Source: Gammaproteobacteria bacterium | GTDB lineage: Bacteria; Pseudomonadota; Gammaproteobacteria; JABXHR01 | Assembly (NCBI GenBank): GCA_013373515.1 | Contig: JABXHR010000089.1 | Coordinates: 1-55,275, forward strand | Direction: 5' to 3' | Length of the DNA: 55,275 bases | Shown: positions 45,022-54,278 of the stretch, piece after piece | Layout of the letters: each line of letters opens with the position of its first letter | How positions within the stretch are numbered: the first letter of the stretch is position 1 | The notes under the pieces: model-generated | What the model was told of the DNA's origin: nothing | What the model saw: the letters and a program-made list of their open reading frames with translations, nothing else | The model's database searches: none | Translations under genes and position numbers: made by a program

Positions 45022-45591
45022 ATGTCCAAACCCGTCACTGCCCTTAGCCTAGAGCCTATCACCCCGCTGCCGGAGGGTACTCAAGCCTACTTTGACAAGT
45101 GTAAGGAAAAGTTGGGCATGATTCCCAATGTGTTGCTGGCTCATGCGTTTGATATCGATAAACTCAATGCATTCACGGCCATGTATAACGACCTGATGCT
45201 CGCGGACTCGGGCCTTAGCAAACTGGAGCGCGAAATGATTGCAGTGGTCGTCTCTTCGATCAACAAATGCTTCTATTGTTTGACCGCGCATGGTGCGGCG
45301 GTGCGAGCGCTATCGGGCAATCCAATTTTGGGCGAGCAATTGGTGATGAACTATCACATTGCAGATGTCAGCCAAAAGCAAAAAGCAATGCTCGAATTTG
45401 CCGCCAAAATTACCCGCGCGAGTGCCACCATTGCTGAGGCAGATCGGCAAGCGCTGCGTGAGCATGGTTTTACTGATCGTGATATTTGGGATATCTCTGC
45501 CGTGGCGGCGTTTTTTAATATGTCTAATCGTCTAGCCAGTGCGGTCGATATGCGCCCAAATGATGCATATCACGCTCAGTTCAGAACTTAG
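45022..45591 (+). CDS. AhpD/CMD-family peroxidase-related enzyme
   Basis: The CxxCxxxH motif CFYCLTAH is present. The ATG at 45022 follows GGAGAA; an alternative ATG lies at 45010. Confidence 0.75.
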   Translation: MSKPVTALSLEPITPLPEGTQAYFDKCKEKLGMIPNVLLAHAFDIDKLNAFTAMYNDLMLADSGLSKLEREMIAVVVSSINKCFYCLTAHGAAVRALSGNPILGEQLVMNYHIADVSQKQKAMLEFAAKITRASATIAEADRQALREHGFTDRDIWDISAVAAFFNMSNRLASAVDMRPNDAYHAQFRT

Positions 45592-46801
45592 CAATCAAAA
45601 CGCTCAGTCCATAGCCTACTGAGTAAGCCGTCAAAATCACCGGAAAAAATCGCAAGTAGGCCCAAAATCCAAGTGCGGGTATGCGGCTCATCGCCACAAC
45701 GCCCGCGGCCGAGCCAATTGCGAGCAAAGAGCCACCTGCTCCAACGGCGTAAACCAGTGAAATCCAGTCGACGGTGGGTAGGCTGATGTCTGCGTGCAGC
45801 AGCGCAGCGGTTAGCGGTACGTTGTCGATCAGTGCAGATGCAACCCCCAACAGATAATTGGCTGAAGAGGCGGGCATGATGTCGTAAAGCATCACCGCAT
45901 AATTGAGCGTGCCCAACTGTTTGAGCATGCCCACCATCAACAGCACGCCAAGAAAGAAAAACAGCGCATCAAATTCGATCAGGCGAATATTGCGCATCAT
46001 GTCCTCTTCGTGATGCATCCATTCAATTAGCATCAACAAAAGCGCCAAGCCGACGAAGAAGCTCAATAAAGGCGGGACGCCATAGGCGATATTGAGTCCA
46101 AGTACCGCAACAATGCAGCACATAAATAGTGTAAGTGCGAGGTAGTCGCTGCGTCTGAGTTGGTAACTTTGCGGTGCAATGCGAATGCTGTGCTTGAGCG
46201 GTGCCGCAATTAGGGTGACCAGCACGATGACCGAGATGTAGGCGGGTAAAATTAAGCGCAACAGATGACTGATATCAACTTTTCCCGCCATAAAGACCAT
46301 CAACGTCGTGACATCGCCGGTGATCAGGGCGACGCCACCGGTATTGACCGAGAAAACCACAACCACGGCGCAGCGCAGCAAGACTTTTTGCTCTAACGAC
46401 AATGGGATCAGCAGTCCCAAGCACACTAATGTCGACGTGACATTGTCGGCAATCGATGAAAACACGAACGCGAAATGGGCCAGCACAAATAACAATGTGC
46501 GTAGCTTTAATTCGGAGGGCAGCATTCGGCTGACCAGCGCAGCAATCACTTGGCGCTGATTTAGATAGGCCACAAACGTCATGGTGGCGACCAAAAACAA
46601 CCAAAGGCTGGCAATTTCAAGCAGCGCCTCGTCGAATGCGACCGTGATTTCTGCGTGAGATTTAGATTGATCAATAAAGTAGAGTAGCCAAACCAAGCTG
46701 CCGAAAAAGATGGTGGTTTTGGCTTTATTGATATGGGTAATTTCTTCGAGCAGGTTGCTCAAGAAACCCAAGCCAATCAGGCTGAGGATAAGGGTTTGCA
46801 C
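45581..46801 (-). CDS. nhaD: NhaD/ArsB-superfamily ion transporter (NhaD-type Na+/H+ antiporter-like)
   Basis: It is polytopic with an NhaD-like N-terminus (ITHINKAKTTIFFGSLVWLLYF). GTG start without an obvious SD. Confidence 0.65.
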   Translation of the reverse strand: MQTLILSLIGLGFLSNLLEEITHINKAKTTIFFGSLVWLLYFIDQSKSHAEITVAFDEALLEIASLWLFLVATMTFVAYLNQRQVIAALVSRMLPSELKLRTLLFVLAHFAFVFSSIADNVTSTLVCLGLLIPLSLEQKVLLRCAVVVVFSVNTGGVALITGDVTTLMVFMAGKVDISHLLRLILPAYISVIVLVTLIAAPLKHSIRIAPQSYQLRRSDYLALTLFMCCIVAVLGLNIAYGVPPLLSFFVGLALLLMLIEWMHHEEDMMRNIRLIEFDALFFFLGVLLMVGMLKQLGTLNYAVMLYDIMPASSANYLLGVASALIDNVPLTAALLHADISLPTVDWISLVYAVGAGGSLLAIGSAAGVVAMSRIPALGFWAYLRFFPVILTAYSVGYGLSVLIAKF

Positions 46802-46892
46802 AGGGGGTGTCTCGCATGCACCTCGGCCGAGGTGCGATGCGAAAGTGTATGCCGATTTAAGTCCAAATCAAGCGAAATTTTAAGGTTTCGGT

Positions 46893-47747
46893 TTAGTCAA
46901 ATGCAATGGTTTGGCACTGAGCTGGCATCCAGTCGAATGTCTTCGGTGGCTTGGGCTTTGGCGGGGGTGCATTGGGGTCTTTGGGTTTGAGCATATCCAC
47001 GAGGAAATCTCTGGCATAAGCGCAGCCCGTGCCATTGGGGACATCATCTTGCGGCTTGCAATTGGGCGAGTCGGGCGGGCACTTGAGGCGGATGTGGAAA
47101 TGATAATTGTGACCCCACCAAGGGCGAATTTTGGCGAGCCAATCGCCTTGCTCACGCTCTGATTGGCACATGCGAATTTTCACCGCAGGCGTGACAAAAA
47201 TTCGTTGCACCCGCGGGTCCATGGCGGCGGCTTTGATGACGTTGTGATGGCCGCGCGTCCAAAGCTCGTTCACCTTGCTTAGATCCTTGCTGACCACAGA
47301 AATAGACGATAGCGCTTCGCGTTCTTGGCGGCTGAGATTAAGCCTCGCCGGGGGGAGCATCCAAATGTCTGCATCGAGTCCAACCTGATGGCTGGCGTGA
47401 CCGGTTAGCATCGGGCCACCGCGCGGCTGCGACATATCGCCGACATATAATCCCGCCCAGCCCTGTTGTTGGGCAACGGTCGACAAGCCTTTGATGAAAC
47501 TGACCAAATTGGGATGCCCGTGATTGCGATTGCGCGATAGGCGCATCGCCTGCCAACTAGGGCCAGTTTCCGGCAGCGTCTCGCCACCCGACAAGCAGCC
47601 TCTGGAATAAAACCCCACCGCTTCGCTTGCGGCACGGTTTGGCGCTGCAATATGTCCAAAAATCTCTTTGGCCAAAGGGGATTCCGCCTGTGCGGGGCTG
47701 ATCAGTGCGGCCAACATCAGCGCGCAGTATGCAAATCTAGACATCAT
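46893..47747 (-). CDS. mepA: Penicillin-insensitive murein DD-endopeptidase
   Basis: The signal peptide is followed by FYSRGCLSGG...WQAMRLSRNRNHGHP and HQVGLDADIW, which are MepA hallmarks. The internal ATG at 47747 is preferred. Confidence 0.85.
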   Translation of the reverse strand: MMSRFAYCALMLAALISPAQAESPLAKEIFGHIAAPNRAASEAVGFYSRGCLSGGETLPETGPSWQAMRLSRNRNHGHPNLVSFIKGLSTVAQQQGWAGLYVGDMSQPRGGPMLTGHASHQVGLDADIWMLPPARLNLSRQEREALSSISVVSKDLSKVNELWTRGHHNVIKAAAMDPRVQRIFVTPAVKIRMCQSEREQGDWLAKIRPWWGHNYHFHIRLKCPPDSPNCKPQDDVPNGTGCAYARDFLVDMLKPKDPNAPPPKPKPPKTFDWMPAQCQTIAFD

Positions 47748-47847
47748 GTTGCAAAGCCTAGCAGAGGCCAGCTGAATCGCGACCGAGTGTGAAGTTGTAA
47801 AAGAATGATTTGGTTCTAGTGATTGATTGCTTGGATAGGCTAGGCTT

Positions 47848-48159
47848 ATGTCATTGTTTAACTTGGGGCGCGTGGTGCTGGCTAGGCTTGTACGCATTTT
47901 GATGGTTGTTGGTCTACTTGTGACGCAAACGGCGGGCGCTGTGGCGTCGGTTGATATTGCACCGTCAGAGCACGCCTGTCACCAAGAGCAAAGTCGATGT
48001 CACTCAGATGTGCGTTGTTGCCAACATGCAGCGCTAAACGCCATATATTTGCCAATTGTACTAGGCATCCAATCACCGAAGGTTGAATGGCACTTCGCGT
48101 TGCCATGGCCTGAGTTCACCCAAAGCGTGCCCACGCCGCCACCAAAATCCATGCGCTGA
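47848..48159 (+). CDS. Small exported Cys/His-rich protein (possibly DUF2946-like), putative metal binding
   Basis: An N-terminal hydrophobic segment is followed by EHACHQEQSRCHSDVRCCQH. It lies immediately upstream of the DUF411 gene. Confidence 0.45.
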   Translation: MSLFNLGRVVLARLVRILMVVGLLVTQTAGAVASVDIAPSEHACHQEQSRCHSDVRCCQHAALNAIYLPIVLGIQSPKVEWHFALPWPEFTQSVPTPPPKSMR

Positions 48160-48199
48160 TGATCTAAGTCTCCCCACAAATCAATTAGAGTCAGTTGTT

Positions 48200-48703
48200 A
48201 TGAAAAAATTTTCGTTTATTCCCCTCGCCGTGGCCTTGAGCCTTGCGGCCTGTTCTAGTGAGCCTTCGGCCACCAAGTCTGTGGCCAGTACTGTCGCAGA
48301 AGATGCGCTACAGATGATTGTTTACAAAAGCCCCACCTGCGGTTGTTGCGGCGCATGGGTTGAGCATGTCGAAGACAGTGGTGTCAAAGTGGAGGTGTCT
48401 CACCCAGATGATTTGAATGCGGTGAAGGCCAAATATAAGGTTCCGCAAGATCACGGCAGCTGCCACACCGCCGTTACCGCTGAGGGTGATGTGTTCGAGG
48501 GCCATGTGCCTTATAAGTTTATTGCCCAATTCATGGCCGATCGGCCGGAAGGGGCTTTTGGGCTTGCTGTTCCAGCGATGCCGATAGGCACCCCGGGCAT
48601 GGAAATGGGCGAGAAGTTTTCGCCTTATGAAGTGAGGCTGCTGATGAAAGATGGCAGTACCAAAACTTACGCCAAGGTAAGTTCTGCTGCCGAGCAGTTT
48701 TAA
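48200..48703 (+). CDS. copG: DUF411 (CopG-type) periplasmic metal-binding lipoprotein
   Basis: Lipobox LSLAAC, the CxCC motif (PTCGCCGAW) and the PIGTPGMEMG motif are present. Confidence 0.8.
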   Translation: MKKFSFIPLAVALSLAACSSEPSATKSVASTVAEDALQMIVYKSPTCGCCGAWVEHVEDSGVKVEVSHPDDLNAVKAKYKVPQDHGSCHTAVTAEGDVFEGHVPYKFIAQFMADRPEGAFGLAVPAMPIGTPGMEMGEKFSPYEVRLLMKDGSTKTYAKVSSAAEQF

Positions 48704-48712
48704 CCACCGCTA

Positions 48713-48744
48713 GGGGCTGCTTCTCATCTGCAGCCCCGATTTAC
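48713..48744 (+). terminator. Probable terminator after copG
   Basis: GGGGCTGC-(9 nt)-GCAGCCCC followed by GATTTAC, a weak T tract. Confidence 0.5.
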
Positions 48745-48874
48745 AAGCCGATTTCCTTCCCTTTATCCATCGGTTTTTTAGTTGTCATCTGAGTGCAAAC
48801 TAGTGTTACATTGGTATGGATACTTGCACGGACAACAGTTCTTTGCCGGTACACAATTGAAGGAGAAGGAATCA

Positions 48875-49825
48875 ATGAATCAAAAAAAACGCCTTACAAC
48901 ACTTGCCGTCGTCGCGTTGGCAGGCTCACTCTCGGGTGCGGCCATTGCTGCCGATTCTGAGGCTTGTCAAACCGTTCGTTTCTCGGATGTGGGTTGGACC
49001 GACATTACCGCCACCACCGCCGTGGCCAGTGTGCTGTTGGATGCAATGGGTTACTCGCCCGAAGCCAACGTTCTCTCAGTCCCTGTGACCTACACCAGCT
49101 TGAAAAACAAAGACATTGACGTGTTCCTTGGAAACTGGATGCCGACCATGGAGGCCGATATCGCGCCTTATCGCGATGATGGCTCGGTTGAAACGTTGGT
49201 GATGAACCTTGCAGGTGCAAAATACACCTTGGCCACCAATGCGCACGGCGCAGCGCTTGGCATCAAGAGCTTTGCAGATATCGCCAAGCACAAAGATGCG
49301 CTGGACGGCAAAATCTATGGCATTGAGCCTGGCAATGACGGCAACCGCCTGATTCAAGACATGATTGACGGTGGTCATTTTGATTTGAATGGCTTCGAGG
49401 TCGTTGAGTCTTCTGAGCAAGGCATGCTCGCGCAGGTCGCTCGCGCCGAACGCCGAGATGAGCCCGTTGTGTTTTTGGGCTGGGAGCCGCATCCGATGAA
49501 TGCGAATTTTGAGCTGACTTACCTCGAAGGCGGCGATGACTTCTTCGGCCCCAATCTAGGTGGCGCCGAGGTCTATACCAATATTCGCGCAGGCTACGCG
49601 GATGAATGTCCCAATGTGGGTAAGTTCCTCAGCAACTTAACCTTTAGCTTGGCCATGGAAAACCAAATCATGGGCAAGATCCTCGACGACGGCGAAGAGC
49701 CAAACGATGCTGCCTCGGCGTGGATCAAGGCAAATCCTGACTCGCTCAATGCTTGGTTGGATGGCGTGAAAACCACCAGCGACGGCTCTGCACTGGATGC
49801 TGTGAAGTCCGCTCTGGGTCTGTAA
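48875..49825 (+). CDS. choX: Choline/glycine-betaine ABC transporter substrate-binding protein (OpuAC/ChoX type)
   Basis: It has a signal peptide and VRFSDVGWTDITATTA. SD AAGGAGAAGGA is present. The gene order is X-W-V, as in choXWV/cbcXWV. Confidence 0.8.
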   Translation: MNQKKRLTTLAVVALAGSLSGAAIAADSEACQTVRFSDVGWTDITATTAVASVLLDAMGYSPEANVLSVPVTYTSLKNKDIDVFLGNWMPTMEADIAPYRDDGSVETLVMNLAGAKYTLATNAHGAALGIKSFADIAKHKDALDGKIYGIEPGNDGNRLIQDMIDGGHFDLNGFEVVESSEQGMLAQVARAERRDEPVVFLGWEPHPMNANFELTYLEGGDDFFGPNLGGAEVYTNIRAGYADECPNVGKFLSNLTFSLAMENQIMGKILDDGEEPNDAASAWIKANPDSLNAWLDGVKTTSDGSALDAVKSALGL

Positions 49826-49831
49826 TTCTCC

Positions 49832-50677
49832 ATGGAATGGTTAACGGCAAACAAGCTGCCACTGGGCAAGTGGATAAAGGATCGGGTCGAGTGGTTGCTC
49901 GACCACGCGACCCATATCTTCGATGCATTTTCCGAAGCGGTTGAGTGGCTGATCGAGAGCACCATCGACGGCATGTTGTGGTTACACCCATTGGTGCTGG
50001 TCGCAATATTTGCGGCCATCGCGTTTGGACTGCATCGCAGCTGGAAGTTGGTGCTATTGGTGGTGGCAAGTTTGCTTTTGGTGATCAATCTTGGGTATTG
50101 GGAAGACACTATCCAGACTTTAGGGTTGGTGTTGTTCGCGACCTTGGTGTGTGTGCTGCTGGGCATTCCGCTTGGGATCTTGGCGGCGCACCGGCCTTGG
50201 TTGCAACAAGTGCTACGCCCATTGTTGGACTTGATGCAAACCATCCCGACCTTCGTCTACCTGATTCCCACCATGATTATGTTCGGCCTAGGTGTGGTGC
50301 CAGGGCTGATTTCCACCGTAATTTTCGCGCTACCGGCACCAGTACGCCTGACAATTTTGGGTGTGGCCAGTGTGCCAAAACCATTGATTGAAGCTGGCCA
50401 GTCTTTCGGGGCGACACGTTGGCAATTGCTTTGGAAAGTTGAACTGCCCCATGCCTTGCCCACGATTATGGCGGGCGTGACGCAGTGCATCATGTTGTCG
50501 CTGTCGATGGTGGTGATCGCCGCCATGGTCGGTGCGCCGGGACTTGGGATTCCGGTGCTGCGTGCGCTGAACACCGTCAATATTGCCAAGGGCTTTGAAG
50601 CGGGACTCGCGATCGTGATTGTGGCGATTTTGTTGGATCGTGTTTGCAAGCAACCTGCGACAGGTGAGCGTTCATGA
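49832..50677 (+). CDS. choW: Choline/glycine-betaine ABC transporter permease
   Basis: It is a ProW/OpuAB-like polytopic permease with the EAA region (IEAGQSFGATRWQLLWKVELP). Confidence 0.85.
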   Translation: MEWLTANKLPLGKWIKDRVEWLLDHATHIFDAFSEAVEWLIESTIDGMLWLHPLVLVAIFAAIAFGLHRSWKLVLLVVASLLLVINLGYWEDTIQTLGLVLFATLVCVLLGIPLGILAAHRPWLQQVLRPLLDLMQTIPTFVYLIPTMIMFGLGVVPGLISTVIFALPAPVRLTILGVASVPKPLIEAGQSFGATRWQLLWKVELPHALPTIMAGVTQCIMLSLSMVVIAAMVGAPGLGIPVLRALNTVNIAKGFEAGLAIVIVAILLDRVCKQPATGERS

Positions 50678-51825
50678 TTGCGGTGGAATTTGACAAGGTC
50701 GACATCGTATTTGGTGATCAGCCGCGCAAAGCTTTCGCAGCGCTCGATCAACAACAAGACCGCGAAACCATTCTCGCCGAAACGGGCCAGGTGCTCGGGG
50801 TGGCAGATGCGTCGCTTAGCGTCAATTCAGGTGAGATTTGTGTGCTCATGGGCTTGTCCGGGTCTGGCAAGTCGACTTTGCTTCGTGCCGTCAATGGACT
50901 AAATCCCGTTAGCCGCGGCCAAGTCAAGGTCGCCCACGAGGGTGGATTTGTCGATATGGCCAACTGCGACGGGCGCACGTTGCGCAATTTGCGCCGCAAG
51001 CGCATTGCCATGGTGTTTCAGCAGTTTGCGCTGCTGCCGTGGCGGACAGTGCGTGAGAACGTTGGCTTTGGGCTTGAATTACAAGGGATGTCGAAGGCTG
51101 AGCTCAACCGCGTGGTCGACGACAAGTTGGCGTTGGTGGGGTTGACGCAGTGGGCTGACAAGTACACCCACGAGCTTTCTGGCGGCATGCAGCAGCGTGT
51201 GGGATTGGCGCGAGCCTTTGCCACCGACGCCGATATCTTATTAATGGATGAGCCGTTTTCTGCGCTTGATCCGCTGATTCGAGACAAGCTGCAGGATGAA
51301 CTACTAGAGCTGCAGCGCGAGCTCAAAAAGACCATCATCTTTGTTAGCCATGATCTCGATGAAGCCATGAAGCTCGGCAACCGCATTGCGATTATGGAAG
51401 GCGGACGTGTGGTGCAATATGCTCCGCCAGAGGAGATCGTACTTCAGCCGGCCAACGACTACGTTTCTGAGTTTGTGGCACACCTCAATCCCATGAATGT
51501 GTTGCGTGCGGGATCTTTGATGAGACCGCTTGTCGTCGGCGACAACCTACTCGAACAGGGCATGGTGGCATCACTTCAATCTGCAGAAAACGCGAAGATG
51601 CTCAATAGAGAAGGGCAAGCGGTGGACATTACAATGCACGGCCTCGACAACACTTACTCAGCGGGTTCGATTGTTGGTGCATCAATCGATGTGACGCTTC
51701 GAGATGCGCTGTCGATACGTCAACAAACCTCGGCGCCCATTTTGCTGCATGATCACAATGGCTACTGGGTGGGCGCACTTACCGAGAAAGAGATCTTTTC
51801 CGGCTTGTTACGAAACGCAGGTTGA
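50674..51825 (+). CDS. choV: Choline/glycine-betaine ABC transporter ATP-binding protein with C-terminal CBS pair
   Basis: Walker A GLSGSGKST, LSGGMQQR and LLMDEP are present, with a CBS-like tail. The start overlaps the choW stop (ATGA). Confidence 0.88.
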   Translation: MIAVEFDKVDIVFGDQPRKAFAALDQQQDRETILAETGQVLGVADASLSVNSGEICVLMGLSGSGKSTLLRAVNGLNPVSRGQVKVAHEGGFVDMANCDGRTLRNLRRKRIAMVFQQFALLPWRTVRENVGFGLELQGMSKAELNRVVDDKLALVGLTQWADKYTHELSGGMQQRVGLARAFATDADILLMDEPFSALDPLIRDKLQDELLELQRELKKTIIFVSHDLDEAMKLGNRIAIMEGGRVVQYAPPEEIVLQPANDYVSEFVAHLNPMNVLRAGSLMRPLVVGDNLLEQGMVASLQSAENAKMLNREGQAVDITMHGLDNTYSAGSIVGASIDVTLRDALSIRQQTSAPILLHDHNGYWVGALTEKEIFSGLLRNAG

Positions 51826-51908
51826 TCCTAAATAAAAATTTGTAAATTTGGCTAGCAAACCGATCGCATTCGGCGCACTCTCAGAGCTTCGAACAAAAGG
51901 AGTGTGTT

Positions 51909-52727
51909 ATGTGTTATCTAGACGGATGTGGTTCGCAGTCGAACCTCCCACCGATTCAACTGGACGACAACTCTCGTCGTCAATTCCTCAAAGGCGCGAT
52001 CGCTCTGCCATTGGCCACCGTATTGGCATATCCAGAGCTAGCCAAAGCTGCCTCTGATCGTGTCGCCATGCAAAGTTTGAAGCTTGATGACGGTACAGAG
52101 GTGCAGGCTGCAGTCGCTGCGCCAGCATCCGGTACAGGCCCTGCGGTCATCCTAATTCACGAATGGTGGGGCTTAAATGATCAAATCAAATCGGTTGCCG
52201 CTGAAATGGCCAATTTGGGTTATTTGGCCATCGCTGTCGATTTATATGGTGGCAAAGTGGCCTCCGATGCAGCCGGGGCGCGTGAATTGATCGGTGCACT
52301 CAACCCGCAAGCTGCCGCTGAAACCTTGGGCAAGTGGATTGAATTTGGCCGTGCAGAGGGTAATGGCAAAGTCGCCACCATGGGCTGGTGTTTCGGGGGC
52401 GGCTGGTCGCTCAATGCGTCGGTTAAAACGCCTGTTGATGCCACAGTGATTTACTACGGCAACGTCAAAGTGCCTGCGGAAGAATTGGCTGCATTGAACG
52501 GCCCAGTGCTTGGCCACTTTGGCACCGAAGATCAAAACATCAATCAAGACATGGTTGCGGGCTTCGAAGCAGAGATGGAAAAAGCCGGCAAAACGGATCA
52601 CCTAACCGTGCATTGGTACGAGGCCAATCACGCCTTTGCTAACCCGACAGGCTCTCGCTACGACGCCGAAGACGCCGCGCTGGCTTGGGAGCGTACTATG
52701 GCATTTTTAGCGCCGCTGAAAGGCTAA
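51909..52727 (+). CDS. Dienelactone hydrolase family protein with twin-arginine signal
   Basis: The Tat motif SRRQFLKG and the DLH motifs IHEWWGLND and GWCFGG are present. SD AAAGGAG. Confidence 0.8.
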   Translation: MCYLDGCGSQSNLPPIQLDDNSRRQFLKGAIALPLATVLAYPELAKAASDRVAMQSLKLDDGTEVQAAVAAPASGTGPAVILIHEWWGLNDQIKSVAAEMANLGYLAIAVDLYGGKVASDAAGARELIGALNPQAAAETLGKWIEFGRAEGNGKVATMGWCFGGGWSLNASVKTPVDATVIYYGNVKVPAEELAALNGPVLGHFGTEDQNINQDMVAGFEAEMEKAGKTDHLTVHWYEANHAFANPTGSRYDAEDAALAWERTMAFLAPLKG

Positions 52728-52965
52728 CTGCACAACACCTGCAATCGATTCCCACGCTGACTCACCGGCGTGGGAAGTCGATCTCCGTATCGACGAATAG
52801 CTCAAGTATTTCGATCAACTTTAATGCCGCGTTGACGCTGAGCAATACACTGACCAAGGCTTTTGCTGTGACTTTTTAGGGTCGACTCTCGGCGTTTGCG
52901 ACTGTGACGACTCACCGCGAGAATTTGATCTTCATTTCTAAGCAGGCTAAATCCGAGCGTCAAGC

Positions 52966-53406
52966 TCAAGCGCCGCAGTATTGATAGTAAATATCGAATT
53001 CGTCTTCATGCGTCTTGATAAAGCCGTGACGCTGATAGAAGTCGTTTGACGGGCTGCCTCTCAGTGCACCTAATGTGATCCTCGTTTTCGCTTTATCTGC
53101 TGTCGTTTTTAGCTCTGCAATCACCCTGCTGCCAGCACCCATGCCTTGGTATTTGGGCAAAACATAGAGATCGTCGAGATGTGCCCCTCGCGTGTCAGGT
53201 GTGAGCATATAAAAGCCAATGACCTCGCCACTGGCGATCAATTTATAGGTGTTTGTTGGATCAAAACGGTCTAAGAATCGCTGTCTGACTCGCTGCTCGT
53301 CATAGCGGCCAAGGGCCTCGAGGCTGTCTTTCATCGCCAAAGCGCGTATCTCAGCCAGTGCTGCGCCGTCACTTTGGCAAGCTTCATTAATCTCAAGCTG
53401 CTTCAT
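52966..53406 (-). CDS. GNAT-family N-acetyltransferase
   Basis: The acetyl-CoA motif QGMGAGSRV is present. The start overlaps the ilvY stop (ATGA). Confidence 0.75.
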   Translation of the reverse strand: MKQLEINEACQSDGAALAEIRALAMKDSLEALGRYDEQRVRQRFLDRFDPTNTYKLIASGEVIGFYMLTPDTRGAHLDDLYVLPKYQGMGAGSRVIAELKTTADKAKTRITLGALRGSPSNDFYQRHGFIKTHEDEFDIYYQYCGA

Positions 53407-54269
53407 CCATCCACACTCTGCCAAAAGGCGCTGATTAAACTGTTTTGCAATCGATTTTCCCGAGTCACCAGCCCTACATCGTAGGGTTCTAGCGCGTCGC
53501 AGAGCGATTCTAATACGGTGGTTTGTCCAATCATGGGGCTGTGGTTGAGTACCAAGTCGGGTACCACCCCGATGCCAAGCCCTAAGCCCACCATGCTGAC
53601 GATGGCTTCGTTGCCGGACACTTGCGCGTAGTAGCGCGGTTTAATGTTTTGTCGTGCAAACCATTTATCCAAGCGTATGCGCGAGAGGCCGCTTTCCGCC
53701 ACGATCATCGGTGTTTGCTCCCAATCCTCTACGCTGCTTGGAAGCTCAATGATGCTCTGCTTGGGTGCGATAAATAGCAAAGGCGAAATTTTGAGCGATT
53801 TGAACGCCAAGCCTTTGGGGAGGGTGTCGGGCTTGGCGGCGATGGTGATGTCGTCCTCCCCGCTTTGTACACGTTCGATTGCGTGTTCAGCATTGCCCGT
53901 ATGTAAGTTGATGTCGACACGGGGATGCGACTGGCGGAAGCGGCTGAGAATTTTGTCCAGTATGCTGTAGCTCGCCGTCACCGAGCAGTAAACATTGATT
54001 TCACCAAGCAGCGCTTGACCGTGTAGCTTTGCTTGAAGATCCCGCCAGTTTTGCAGCGTCTCATGTGAAAACTGCTGGAAATGCTTGCCGGCTGAGGTCA
54101 ACGTGACGCTTCGATTGTTGCGCTCAAATAAGTCTGTTCCTGCCGCTTGCTCAAGCTGGGCAATGGTACGCGACAATGCCGAGATCGATACATTGGCTTT
54201 GCTGGCGGCGCGGCCAAAATGCAGGGTTTGGGCGAGGGCAGTAAATTGTTCTAGCTGACGCAGATTCAT
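53403..54269 (-). CDS. ilvY: LysR-family transcriptional activator IlvY
   Basis: It aligns by eye with E. coli IlvY over much of its length ([41 protein letters not shown] versus FCSVTAAYSHLPPILDRFRAEHPSVEIKLTTGDAADAMEKV). It is divergent from ilvC. Confidence 0.85.
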   Translation of the reverse strand: MNLRQLEQFTALAQTLHFGRAASKANVSISALSRTIAQLEQAAGTDLFERNNRSVTLTSAGKHFQQFSHETLQNWRDLQAKLHGQALLGEINVYCSVTASYSILDKILSRFRQSHPRVDINLHTGNAEHAIERVQSGEDDITIAAKPDTLPKGLAFKSLKISPLLFIAPKQSIIELPSSVEDWEQTPMIVAESGLSRIRLDKWFARQNIKPRYYAQVSGNEAIVSMVGLGLGIGVVPDLVLNHSPMIGQTTVLESLCDALEPYDVGLVTRENRLQNSLISAFWQSVDG

Positions 54270-54278
54270 ATGTTGCAA

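Noticed and set aside
46893-47897. Longest-ORF start sites for mepA (47897), trpS (28561), cytochrome c4 (31084), copG (48083), choX (48782), tpa (3385), tauC (5705) and the DegT gene (6981)
   Set aside because: The internal starts are preceded by SD sequences. They also yield proper signal peptides or canonical N-termini, or give ATGA coupling to the upstream gene. The extensions overlap upstream genes or have no SD.
49594-50244. Long antisense or shadow ORFs inside well-supported genes: 216 aa at 49594-50244, 181 aa at 15150-15695, 158 aa at 5786-6262, 160 aa at 37110-37592, 155 aa at 23845-24312, 166 aa at 50257-50757
   Set aside because: All lie opposite or out of frame to genes with clear family motifs. 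They have Arg/Ser/Pro-rich or low-complexity compositions and lack SD sequences.
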